A stretch of DNA of 7,569 bases from a virus (IMGVR_UViG_2657244940_000004); one strand, 5' to 3'; shown: positions 1 to 6,432, counted from the stretch's first letter. The notes: generated by a model not told the origin, from the sequence alone. Numbers and translations: made by a program.

Positions 1-494
1 ATAAACATCCCGTAGGCATGGCCTGGTGACAGTGGAATAACTTTGAACATCTCTGTCGCCGGGATACCTTCCAGTACAGGCCAGAAAGAGCCATCATCAA
101 GCCCGAGATCGCGACGTTCGGTTGCCAGCATAATGAGATCGGCATATTTCACAGGCGTGCTCATAACAGGAGGTAACCCGTATTTCTCACGGATTACGGC
201 GTCTATTTTTTCTTCCATCCGTTTATAGTCAGGAAGAAGGCGTTTCAGTGGAGCTGGGATGTCCTGGCAATACGCTTCTGTTGCATCATGCATTAACGCT
301 TCAAAAGCAAATTCCTGCGGTACCAGCTGGCTGCAAAGCACCGCATGTTGGGCGACGCTGTAGAAGTGTGAAAGATGTCCTGCAAAGCGACAGATATTTG
401 AAAGGGAAACCGCGATATCGTTAATCACGATGTCGTCTTTATTTATCCTGTCATAATAAAAATGCTTCCCGGAAAAAGTTTTAATAAATGACAT
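1..494 (-). CDS. yfdR: HD-domain phosphohydrolase, YfdR-like (5'-deoxynucleotidase family); C-terminus lies outside the window
   Basis: Minus-strand translation from ATG (complement of 492-494) reads MSFIKTFSGKHFYYDRINKDDIVINDIAVSLSNICRFAGHLSHFYSVAQHAVLCSQLVPQEFAFEALMHDATEAYCQDIP... with no stop to position 1 (164 codons). It carries the H...HD metal-binding signature (GHLSH, LMHDATEAY) of the HD superfamily. GGAG lies 8 nt upstream of the ATG (rc of 503-506). Not in the ORF track because it runs off the edge. Symbol is from recall of the E. coli CPS-53 prophage protein, not a search. Confidence 0.8.
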   Translation of the reverse strand, partial: MSFIKTFSGKHFYYDRINKDDIVINDIAVSLSNICRFAGHLSHFYSVAQHAVLCSQLVPQEFAFEALMHDATEAYCQDIPAPLKRLLPDYKRMEEKIDAVIREKYGLPPVMSTPVKYADLIMLATERRDLGLDDGSFWPVLEGIPATEMFKVIPLSPGHAYGMF

Positions 495-588
495 TTTGTT
501 CTCCACTTTATATGCGCTGCACCGCGCTGAATTTTGGTTAAAGAAAACCCTCGCCATCAGGCGATTATTGAGTCAATTATGTTTCCAT

Positions 589-610
589 AAATGCCCCCGC
601 AGGGGCATTT
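589..610 (-). terminator. Perfect 9-bp stem hairpin (AAATGCCCC-CGCA-GGGGCATTT) between the yfdQ-like stop and the yfdR-like start; possible intrinsic terminator or attenuator
   Basis: Perfect inverted repeat 589-597 / 602-610 with a 4-nt loop, 13 nt downstream of the yfdQ-like stop on the minus strand. The following minus-strand sequence is only moderately U-rich (AUUUAUGGAAACAUAAUU), so this is not a canonical terminator. Confidence 0.35.
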
Positions 611-622
611 GCAGTAATGAAA

Positions 623-1447
623 TCAGGCGGTGAAAGTACCAATAAAGGTTTCTACTTTGCTGTCTTTAAATTTCTCAACAAGCAGATCACGAAATTCGTT
701 AGCCATTTCTTCCTGCACTGCTTCCAGCTGAATAATGCGCAGAACCAGTACAGGACGATCGCCAGTGATAATGCTGAGGCGTAATTTAAACGGACGTTCT
801 TTCAGGCCTTCAAACGGAACGCATTTAAATTCAAATACCACTGGCATAATGTCTTTGGTCTTCGCTTCGACAGACTCCATCAGGGAGCGTTTGCCGCTGA
901 AGTCATTATCTTCAAAATCAGCGGTCTGGTTTGCTTCAATCGTGATTTTACGGACTGCCGCAGCCGCTTTTGTTGCCTTAATAGCGTCACCATTAGCATC
1001 AAAGCCCACAAGATAGTCGGCCCAGTCTTCAATCCATTCTGCCAGTGACTTCTGGGAGTTACGCTCGCCGTTAACAGACAACAGAGCAGAGAACGGTGCT
1101 GTCTTTTTCAGTTTGAGTGTGGCGGTGTTATCTGCGTGACCTGGTTCACCAATAGTACCCAGGTTAAGCACACTGACGGCACGCATATTATCGGCATCGA
1201 TAAAGCAGCGGGTGCCTTCATCTGCAAGATCTTTAGAATAACGGGTAAAGTCATCGATGCTGGCAGTGGAAAGCGCACCACGGAAACGGAAGCGATTTAA
1301 ATTAAATTTTTCCAGATCATGAATGCGGAAATTCTCAGGCAATGCCACAGCATCGGCACCAATCTTACTGATAATTTCATTAACACCCTGAGCAGAAATA
1401 AGGGCATGGATTTGATTAATTGCGGTTGCGTCTAAGTTCTGAGACAT
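623..1447 (-). CDS. yfdQ: YfdQ-like prophage protein (DUF2303-type), 274 aa, function unknown
   Basis: 274-aa ORF with protein-like composition. GAGGA sits 6 nt upstream of the ATG (rc of 1448-1465). Length and N-terminus match my recollection of the E. coli CPS-53 YfdQ family. Sits between the yfdP-like and yfdR-like genes on the same strand. Confidence 0.85.
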   Translation of the reverse strand: MSQNLDATAINQIHALISAQGVNEIISKIGADAVALPENFRIHDLEKFNLNRFRFRGALSTASIDDFTRYSKDLADEGTRCFIDADNMRAVSVLNLGTIGEPGHADNTATLKLKKTAPFSALLSVNGERNSQKSLAEWIEDWADYLVGFDANGDAIKATKAAAAVRKITIEANQTADFEDNDFSGKRSLMESVEAKTKDIMPVVFEFKCVPFEGLKERPFKLRLSIITGDRPVLVLRIIQLEAVQEEMANEFRDLLVEKFKDSKVETFIGTFTA

Positions 1448-1512
1448 AATAAGTCCTCACTATATTAAGATATTCAGTGATGAGATAAATAATCAGTTAA
1501 TTAAGAACGATA

Positions 1513-1875
1513 TTAATGACCTGCTGCGCGGAGTTTTCCGTCAGGTTCACCGGCAAGAGTCAGTAATTGTCCCTGGTCTTCCTGCAGAATAGTCAGGCGA
1601 CCACCTCGATTGACATACATCGGCGTTTCGGTGGTGTCTTCTTCGGAAATTTTCCCGCGGTTAGTCGGGCGAACATATGAGAGTTTGTGTTTGATTTTCA
1701 CACGGTTCTCATCAAACGGTTCGATGTCCAGATTGACCGAGACTTTACCTTTGTTTTTCGTGTTCATCACACCGGAAGCGACTTCACTGAGAACTGCGCC
1801 GAGTTTGGTTTCAAATACGCCGCCGTCCAGTTCTACGATAAATACCTGCACATCAGTACTGCGTACGCTAGCCAT
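1513..1875 (-). CDS. yfdP: YfdP-like small prophage protein, 120 aa; first gene of the leftward early operon
   Basis: The ORF track gives a 182-aa frame (1513..2061), but the N-terminal 62 codons are Cys/His/Arg-rich with no ribosome-binding site. The internal ATG at complement of 1873-1875 (MASVRSTDVQVFIVELDGG...) is preceded by GAGGAG 7-8 nt upstream (rc of 1879-1890) and gives a 120-aa product of normal composition. Confidence 0.7.
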   Translation of the reverse strand: MASVRSTDVQVFIVELDGGVFETKLGAVLSEVASGVMNTKNKGKVSVNLDIEPFDENRVKIKHKLSYVRPTNRGKISEEDTTETPMYVNRGGRLTILQEDQGQLLTLAGEPDGKLRAAGH

Positions 1876-2216
1876 TTTGCTGCTCCTCATCATATCGACC
1901 CTGCAAGGTCGGTTGGTTTCTCCACAAAACAGAGAAGAACACCTGCGGTGGCAGCCGCCCGGATGGATTGGGTTATGAGCCCGTCGTCCGGTGATGCTCT
2001 TCTCTGTTTTGTAAAAAGAGCGGTACCAGCCGGAAGCAAGTGTACAAACTGGTACCGCCAAAGCAGTGGCTGTTGTGGTGACCGGTGCTGATCTCCGGCT
2101 TGCGGTTATTTCAGACTCTCACGGGCGTTTAATTGCCCCGCCGAGCAGCTATTTTCCGCAATAGCTGCAATGTCTTTCGCGCATCAGCCTGCGCATTCAC
2201 CACAACTCTAAAAACA

Positions 2217-2269
2217 AATGTAGGATATCCAACATGTGAGTGTCAAGAGTTTATGTTGGTTATCCTACA
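2217..2269 (-). promoter_or_regulatory. PL-like leftward early promoter with OL-like operators
   Basis: Minus strand: -35 TTGACA (rc of 2241-2246), 18-nt spacer, -10 TACATT (rc of 2217-2222). 16-bp imperfect palindromes TGTAGGATATCCAACA (2219-2234, overlapping the -10) and TGTTGGTTATCCTACA (2254-2269, upstream of the -35). The 30-nt promoter core matches the PR core at 3021-3050 at 27 of 30 positions. Confidence 0.6.
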
Positions 2270-2286
2270 TAAAAAGATAGGCTCAT

Positions 2287-2312
2287 AAAAAAACCGGGGA
2301 TACCCCGGTTTT
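2287..2312 (-). terminator. Intrinsic terminator downstream of the repressor gene (analogous to lambda tIMM); flanked by A- and T-runs so possibly bidirectional
   Basis: GC-rich hairpin CCGGGG-ATA-CCCCGG (2294-2308) flanked by AAAAAAA (2287-2293) and TTTT (2309-2312). On the minus strand it reads CCGGGGUAUCCCCGG followed by UUUUUUU, about 20 nt past the repressor stop (2333). Confidence 0.6.
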
Positions 2313-2332
2313 GCGATAGTGAGGAAGATGTG

Positions 2333-2986
2333 TCAAAAATCCATTATTACTTGTTTGACAAGACCAACTATTCTGCAGTTCTCACCGCATTCAATAGTTT
2401 TATAGTTAGGATTTAGTGGGACGAGATACCTGTTCGGCCAGTCCTCAACAAATTTTTTGAGTGTCGCTTCTTGCCCACCATTGATATGGGCAACAACGAT
2501 TTTTCCGTTAATACACTCTGTATCAATAATATCTGGCTCTACGATAACGATAGAACCTTCTGGTATCGATGGTGAGCCGAGGGGATTGGTCATTGAATCA
2601 CCACGGACCCGTAGTGCAAATGCCATTTCTGATACAAGGGCGGTAGTATAAACCCACTCTTCAGCATCTTCTTTCCTGACACCAGGCTCCGTCATTGTCC
2701 ATGAACCCGCCTGAACCCACGAGATGAGGGGGACTTTTTTAACTGCGAATATTTCAGGTTTTAGATTTATCTTTGGTTCAGGCGAGCCTTTTCCGCTAAC
2801 AAGCCACAGAGGATCGCATTTAAGTGCGTTGGCTAGGGCTTGAAGGTTGGCTCCATTTGGTTGGTAGTCGTCCTTTTCCCATCCAGTAACCGTGACACGG
2901 TTCACACCAGTCAAATCAGCCAGTGCTTGTTGTGTCAGGTTCAGTTCTTTTCGCCTTTGGCGAATACGATCACTCATGTTCATCAT
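2333..2986 (-). CDS. cI: Prophage repressor, P22 c2 / lambda cI-like (N-terminal HTH_XRE plus C-terminal S24 LexA-type autopeptidase)
   Basis: N-terminal HTH (DRIRQRRKELNLTQQALADLTGVNRVTVTGWE). Ala-Gly cleavage motif VQAG in PLISWVQAGSW (lambda cI HVQAGMF, P22 c2 ISWVSAGQW). Catalytic Ser in RVRGDSM and Lys in GQEATLKKF. Aligns along its length with recalled P22 c2. Start chosen at the ATG of MMNMSDRIR (rc of 2984-2986), which has AGGA 8 nt upstream; the track's earlier ATG at 3010 would overlap the predicted PRM -10 and has no SD. Confidence 0.9.
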   Translation of the reverse strand: MMNMSDRIRQRRKELNLTQQALADLTGVNRVTVTGWEKDDYQPNGANLQALANALKCDPLWLVSGKGSPEPKINLKPEIFAVKKVPLISWVQAGSWTMTEPGVRKEDAEEWVYTTALVSEMAFALRVRGDSMTNPLGSPSIPEGSIVIVEPDIIDTECINGKIVVAHINGGQEATLKKFVEDWPNRYLVPLNPNYKTIECGENCRIVGLVKQVIMDF

Positions 2987-3050
2987 GTAGGCAATCCTAC
3001 CACATGCCAATGTAGGATTCTTGACATTGGCATGTTGGATATCCTACATT
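2986..3050. promoter_or_regulatory. OR-like tripartite operator with divergent PR (rightward, cro) and PRM (leftward, repressor)
   Basis: Three sites about 22-25 bp apart centre to centre: TGTAGGCAATCCTACC (2986-3001, overlapping the repressor SD and start), TGTAGGATTCTTGACA (3011-3026, half-site-like, contains the PR -35) and TGTTGGATATCCTACA (3033-3048, exact reverse complement of the OL site at 2219-2234, overlapping the PR -10). PR: -35 TTGACA 3021-3026, 18-nt spacer, -10 TACATT 3045-3050. Putative PRM on the minus strand: -10 TACATT (rc of 3009-3014) with a poor -35, as expected for an activator-dependent maintenance promoter. Confidence 0.65.
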
Positions 3051-3081
3051 TCTGCTTAACGTAATTTAACGGGAGACAGAA

Positions 3082-3279
3082 ATGCGGAAATCCGACGTGA
3101 TTAATTATTTCGGCGGAGTTTGTAAAACCGCCGAAGCCCTAGGTATTAAGCATCCGTCTGTTTCAGAGTGGCCTGAGATTATTCCTGAAGGCCGAGCGTA
3201 CCAGTTAGAAAAAATTACTAACGGGAAACTGAAAGTTGACGTGTCTTTATATCAAAAGACTAACAGTGCTGCGGCATAA
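3082..3279 (+). CDS. cro: Cro-like repressor, P22 Cro family (65 aa)
   Basis: MRKSDVINYFGGVCKTAEALGIKHPSVSEWPEIIPEGRAYQLEKITNGKLKV aligns with recalled P22 Cro (MYKKDVIDHFGTQRAVAKALGISDAAVSQWKEVIPEKDAYRLEIVTAGALKY). GGGAG sits 6 nt upstream of the ATG. The gene is divergent from the repressor and immediately downstream of PR. Confidence 0.85.
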   Translation: MRKSDVINYFGGVCKTAEALGIKHPSVSEWPEIIPEGRAYQLEKITNGKLKVDVSLYQKTNSAAA

Positions 3280-3306
3280 AAACACCACAGAAATGAGGAA
3301 TTAACC

Positions 3307-3885
3307 GTGGGTAAAGAACCTGAATGGAAAGTTGATAAACAACCAGCATGGCTGGTGGCAGCAATACGAAGAACGATTGCTGATTTACCTCATGGCTATG
3401 AGGAAGCAGCAGAAATTCTTGGTTTGTATAAATCTGATGATATCACCCCAGCAAAAGATCAATTGCATAACAGACTGCGTAGCGGTGGGGATCAAATTTT
3501 TCCACTTGAGTGGGCCATGGTTTTACAGGATGCCAGTGGTACCAGGCATGTAACAGATGCAATAGCCCGTCGTAGTAATGGGGTGTTTGTGCCGCTGGTG
3601 GTCATTGATGACATTGACAATGGTGACATTAATCAGCGGCTGATGGAGTCAATAGAATGGATTGGCAAGCATTCCCAGTACTTACGCAAGGCAACTGCTG
3701 ATGGAGTTATTGACCAAGCTGAACGCGAGCAGATCGAAGAGAACAGCTACCAAGTAATGGCGAAGTGGCAGGAGCATTTGACACTGTTATTTCGTGTTTT
3801 TTGTGCGCCGGAAAAGAGTAACGCCCGCGAGTGTGCAGCTCCGGGCGCCGTGGCGTGTCGTGACTGTGGAGAAACTAACGCATGA
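3307..3885 (+). CDS. Hypothetical early-right protein (192 aa); by position it could be a cII-type lysogeny regulator, unverified
   Basis: GTG start with GAGGA 8 nt upstream. Protein-like composition with acidic patches and a Cys-containing C-terminal tail (CAAPGAVACRDCGETNA). The stop overlaps the next ATG (ATGA at 3882-3885). I do not recognise a family from memory. Confidence 0.65.
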   Translation: MGKEPEWKVDKQPAWLVAAIRRTIADLPHGYEEAAEILGLYKSDDITPAKDQLHNRLRSGGDQIFPLEWAMVLQDASGTRHVTDAIARRSNGVFVPLVVIDDIDNGDINQRLMESIEWIGKHSQYLRKATADGVIDQAEREQIEENSYQVMAKWQEHLTLLFRVFCAPEKSNARECAAPGAVACRDCGETNA

Positions 3886-4484
3886 ACAGTTTAACGGCAA
3901 ATAACCGTTTGTCGCAACAGCTGGTGGTCAGTGTCGCTGCACACCTGTTGTTACGGCATGAATGCAGATTACCAAATCACCTGGCTGTAAGTAACCACAG
4001 AGAACTTTACCTGACTGTGGGGGGCGAGTTGTGCAGGAACTTAACCGCTGGTTTCGTGACGGAAGAGGACTTTATGTTCATGTTATTCGTTGGGAGCCAG
4101 AAACACAGCGCGTTATCTATCTTCGCAAAGACTACCAGCATGAGTGCTTTAGTCCTTTGTGGAAATTCAGGCGTGATTTTGTTGAGTGTGAAGGACCACC
4201 AGCATATTGATTCTGCAATTCCGGGACGTTACACTGCTCAGGCACCTTATAAAGCGGGTGCCGGGGGTCGCAGCCCGGAATTGTCAACGGCGATATATGA
4301 CGCGCCAGCGTCTTTTTTATCGTCCGCGCTCACGCACGCCAGAATTATGGTGGGCTGGGCAGGGGAGCCGAAAGGCTCGCCGGTCTCCGTTGACGCCGGT
4401 ACTGCGAACCCTGTTCAGTCTGCCACCAGTGAGTTTCGCAGCTCCGGTGGTGGAAGTTTTCCACAGTCAACGGAGGCTGCCATC

Positions 4485-5030
4485 ATGGCTACGATCCCAA
4501 CCCTCACTCAACCTGAAATTGCCATCGTTGATGGTCAGGCTGTTACTTCATCCCTGGCTGTTGCCAACTTCTTCTCCAAACGTCATGACGATGTACTGAA
4601 AAAGATCCGCACGCTTGAATGCTCTGCATCATTCACTTCCCGCAATTTTTCGGTGAGTGATTACACCGATTGCACAGGCCGCAAACTACCTTGCTATCAA
4701 ATAACCCGCGACGGCTTTGCGTTTCTTGCTATGGGTTTCACGGGTAAACGTGCTGCCCAGTTCAAAGAGGCATACATCAATGCCTTTAACCAGATGGAGA
4801 AACAGCTTTCAAATCCCTCTGTACTGAGCGACGTTGCACATAACGCCAGCGTTCTCTATTCCTACATTTCATCAATTCATCAGGTCTGGCTGCAGCAGCT
4901 TTATCCCATGTTGGCAAAAGCCGAATCCCCGCTGGCTGTAAGTCTGTATGACCGCATCAACGACGCGGCGCTACTGGCCAGTCTCATAAATTTGTCGCTG
5001 AACCCTTCAGAGGTAAGGGGGCGCAAATGA
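4485..5030 (+). CDS. rha: Rha-family phage regulatory protein (pRha domain), 181 aa from an internal start; the same frame is open upstream to 3882
   Basis: MATIPTLTQPEIAIVDGQAVTSSLAVANFFSKRHDDVLKKIRTLECSASF...YQITRDGFAFLAMGFTGKRAAQFKEAYINAFNQMEKQL matches the Rha signature (VTSS..VA..F.KRH..VL..I, TRDGF..L.MGFTGK.A..FKEAYI..FN.ME) recalled for this family. GGAGG sits 8 nt upstream of the ATG at 4485. The track ORF (3882..5030, 382 aa) would add 201 N-terminal codons of atypical composition. Confidence 0.85.
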   Translation: MATIPTLTQPEIAIVDGQAVTSSLAVANFFSKRHDDVLKKIRTLECSASFTSRNFSVSDYTDCTGRKLPCYQITRDGFAFLAMGFTGKRAAQFKEAYINAFNQMEKQLSNPSVLSDVAHNASVLYSYISSIHQVWLQQLYPMLAKAESPLAVSLYDRINDAALLASLINLSLNPSEVRGRK

Positions 5031-5251
5031 TCCGGAATATTTTCAAACGGTTTACCAATCATACTTTCCGTTGTCCTCGTCCGGGTCAGTGGTACACCAC
5101 GCCTGCAGGGCATGTTCTACGTGTTAGCCTGGTTGACCGTGAATGTCAGAAGGTGGTTTGTGAACCGCTGGGCCGTAATTACCGCGTCAGTATGCCGCTT
5201 ATAGCCTTTTGCTCCGGAAAAATGTTTAAGCGTCTGGGAGGTGTGGCGTGA
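5027..5251 (+). CDS. Small hypothetical protein (74 aa), start overlapping the rha stop
   Basis: The ATG at 5027-5029 overlaps the rha stop TGA at 5028-5030. A G-rich SD-like run (AAGGGGG) lies about 6 nt upstream. The product contains several Cys (FRCPRPG, CQKVVCEP, FCSG). No family recognised. Confidence 0.45.
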   Translation: MIRNIFKRFTNHTFRCPRPGQWYTTPAGHVLRVSLVDRECQKVVCEPLGRNYRVSMPLIAFCSGKMFKRLGGVA

Positions 5252-5472
5252 ACTGTTTTCAGGTTCGGTCATGAAAAAGTAACATATTCTATGCTGGAAC
5301 AGACCAATTTTGCATTCGCCGTCCAGGAGTTTGAGGGGAAAGTAGTCAGTGTTTACGCTCAGTCAGGGAAAGTGTGCAATGATAAACAACACGAAAGGAA
5401 TCGTAGTACATGGGCACCGCGATTCAATATTCAAGGAAAACACAATACAGCAATGTACTTGTACTGTTTCTA

Positions 5473-5754
5473 TTATTCTGGCGATTTCAATAAAGGCACT
5501 TGCTCGCGCTCTGTCATTTTCTGAAACTCTTCATGCTGCATTTCGATTTTCCTTCTAAGATCATAACTCGCATACCTGTTCTTTTTATGTATATCTATAT
5601 CTATTTTTGTGACGAGTTCAAACCACAATGTTCGCACTCCCCAGGCAGCGTTATGAAACATTTCCGCAACGGCTATAGAGTCTGTATTAACTGCTTCGGT
5701 CATGTAGTCGCTAATACGTTCAGCGGTAATTTTCGTTATTTCATCGTAATTCAT
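5473..5754 (-). CDS. Hypothetical protein (93 aa) in a low-GC segment; orphan cargo gene
   Basis: GGAGA sits 5 nt upstream of the ATG (rc of 5755-5770: GTAGGAGATAAA-ATG). Product has balanced composition ([47 protein letters not shown]...). The surrounding 5500-5860 is visibly AT-rich compared with the window. A 105-bp AT-rich gap separates it from the upstream toxin gene. Confidence 0.6.
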   Translation of the reverse strand: MNYDEITKITAERISDYMTEAVNTDSIAVAEMFHNAAWGVRTLWFELVTKIDIDIHKKNRYASYDLRRKIEMQHEEFQKMTEREQVPLLKSPE

Positions 5755-5859
5755 TTTATCTCCTACAAGATTATTTAATGGAATGAAAAATATCTGGCCT
5801 GATAATAATATTCCAGAATTAATATCTGCAGGCTATGTTAAGTTGTCCCCACACACAAT

Positions 5860-6135
5860 CTACCTGTTTTCTCGTGTGTGCCACAGGCGCAATACATAAA
5901 TAGTCTGGCCATTAAGTTCGTAACGGATTTCGTACTCGCCAGCAAAAATCCGTCTGACCTCCCTGGGTTCAAACTGAAACAACTGTTCTCCCATACGTGG
6001 ATGAGTTAACAGAATGACCGGTGCCTGTGTCAGGGATTGCACCGTTCTGGCGGCCGCAGGTTTACTGGCCAGCACCAGAAAATCATATAACCGCGCCAAA
6101 TCAGAAAGCGCCTTACTGGTCCACTTCAGTTCCAT
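5860..6135 (-). CDS. Type II toxin, ParE/RelE superfamily (91 aa)
   Basis: MELKWTSKALSDLARLYDFL...GEYEIRYELNGQTIYVLRLWHTRE follows the ParE/RelE fold pattern (N-terminal helices, C-terminal Y.I.Y......I.RV.H.R). Its ATG overlaps the stop of the upstream RHH gene (TGATG on the minus strand at 6133-6137). Confidence 0.85.
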   Translation of the reverse strand: MELKWTSKALSDLARLYDFLVLASKPAAARTVQSLTQAPVILLTHPRMGEQLFQFEPREVRRIFAGEYEIRYELNGQTIYVLRLWHTRENR

Positions 6136-6419
6136 CAGCGTGGCACCGGTAACGGATTGTCAGTACTGAGGCTGTCCGCCCAGGCCTGTACAGCCTGATG
6201 GTCGATAACCTGTCCGGATGTCACATCGTCCAGGGCTTCCAGCGTCAGGCGATTACGCTCCTCCTCCTGGGCAAGCCATGCAGAAAGCGCCTGTTTGATA
6301 ACCCAGCCCCGGGAGCGTTCCAGCCTGGCGGCCATCTGGTCGACTTTATCAGCCATAGGTAATGGCACATGCGCGGTAATGACTTTTGTTGCTTGTGCGG
6401 TATTGTTTTTCATTTGCAT
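6135..6419 (-). CDS. Type II antitoxin, ribbon-helix-helix (CopG/ParD-like), 94 aa
   Basis: Ribbon-helix-helix signature in VITAHVPLPMADKVDQMAARLERSRGWVIKQALSAWL, followed by an acidic C-terminal region typical of toxin-neutralising tails. Sits upstream of and overlapping the toxin. An alternative start at the third codon (ATG rc of 6411-6413) is possible. Confidence 0.8.
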   Translation of the reverse strand: MQMKNNTAQATKVITAHVPLPMADKVDQMAARLERSRGWVIKQALSAWLAQEEERNRLTLEALDDVTSGQVIDHQAVQAWADSLSTDNPLPVPR

Positions 6420-6432
6420 ATCCGATTAGTCG

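Noticed and set aside
43-228. Plus-strand 61-aa ORF from the track
   Set aside because: It is antisense to the well-supported yfdR-like HD-domain gene, has a Ser/Arg-rich composition and no SD; a frame artefact.
735-1016. Plus-strand 93-aa ORF inside the yfdQ-like gene
   Set aside because: Antisense to a gene with good composition and SD; Arg/Ser-rich junk translation.
1876-2061. N-terminal 62-codon extension of the yfdP-like ORF (track ORF 1513..2061, 182 aa)
   Set aside because: The extension is Cys/His/Arg-rich with no SD at 2061, while the internal ATG at 1875 has a GAGGAG SD; the extension is more likely untranslated leader.
1610-2091. Plus-strand ORFs 1610..1978 and 1687..2091
   Set aside because: They are antisense to the yfdP-like gene and its leader, have no SD and low-complexity Ser/Thr/Leu composition.
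2457-3064. Plus-strand ORFs 2457..2651 and 2840..3064 overlapping the repressor gene
   Set aside because: Antisense to the repressor, whose S24/HTH motifs identify the true frame; the second would also run through the operator region.
3332-3553. Plus-strand 73-aa ORF in an alternative frame inside the 192-aa gene
   Set aside because: Same-strand overlapping frame without SD; the 192-aa frame has the SD and coupling to the downstream gene.
4207-4599. Plus-strand 130-aa ORF overlapping the region upstream of rha
   Set aside because: Extremely Arg/Pro-rich, typical of an off-frame read of GC-rich DNA; it would overlap the strong rha start and has no SD.
4901-5113. Minus-strand 70-aa ORF
   Set aside because: Antisense to the rha 3' end and the coupled 74-aa ORF; no SD; Arg/Ser-rich.
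5291-5558. Plus-strand ORFs 5291..5524 and 5349..5558 in the AT-rich segment
   Set aside because: Neither has a convincing SD; both overlap each other and converge on the better-supported minus-strand 93-aa gene. The 5349/5379 frame has a hydrophobic stretch and could be a small membrane peptide, but the evidence is too weak to call.
5500-5778. Plus-strand 92-aa ORF 5500..5778
   Set aside because: Antisense to the 93-aa minus-strand gene, which has a strong GGAGA SD; Phe/Ile/Tyr-rich translation typical of AT-rich antisense.
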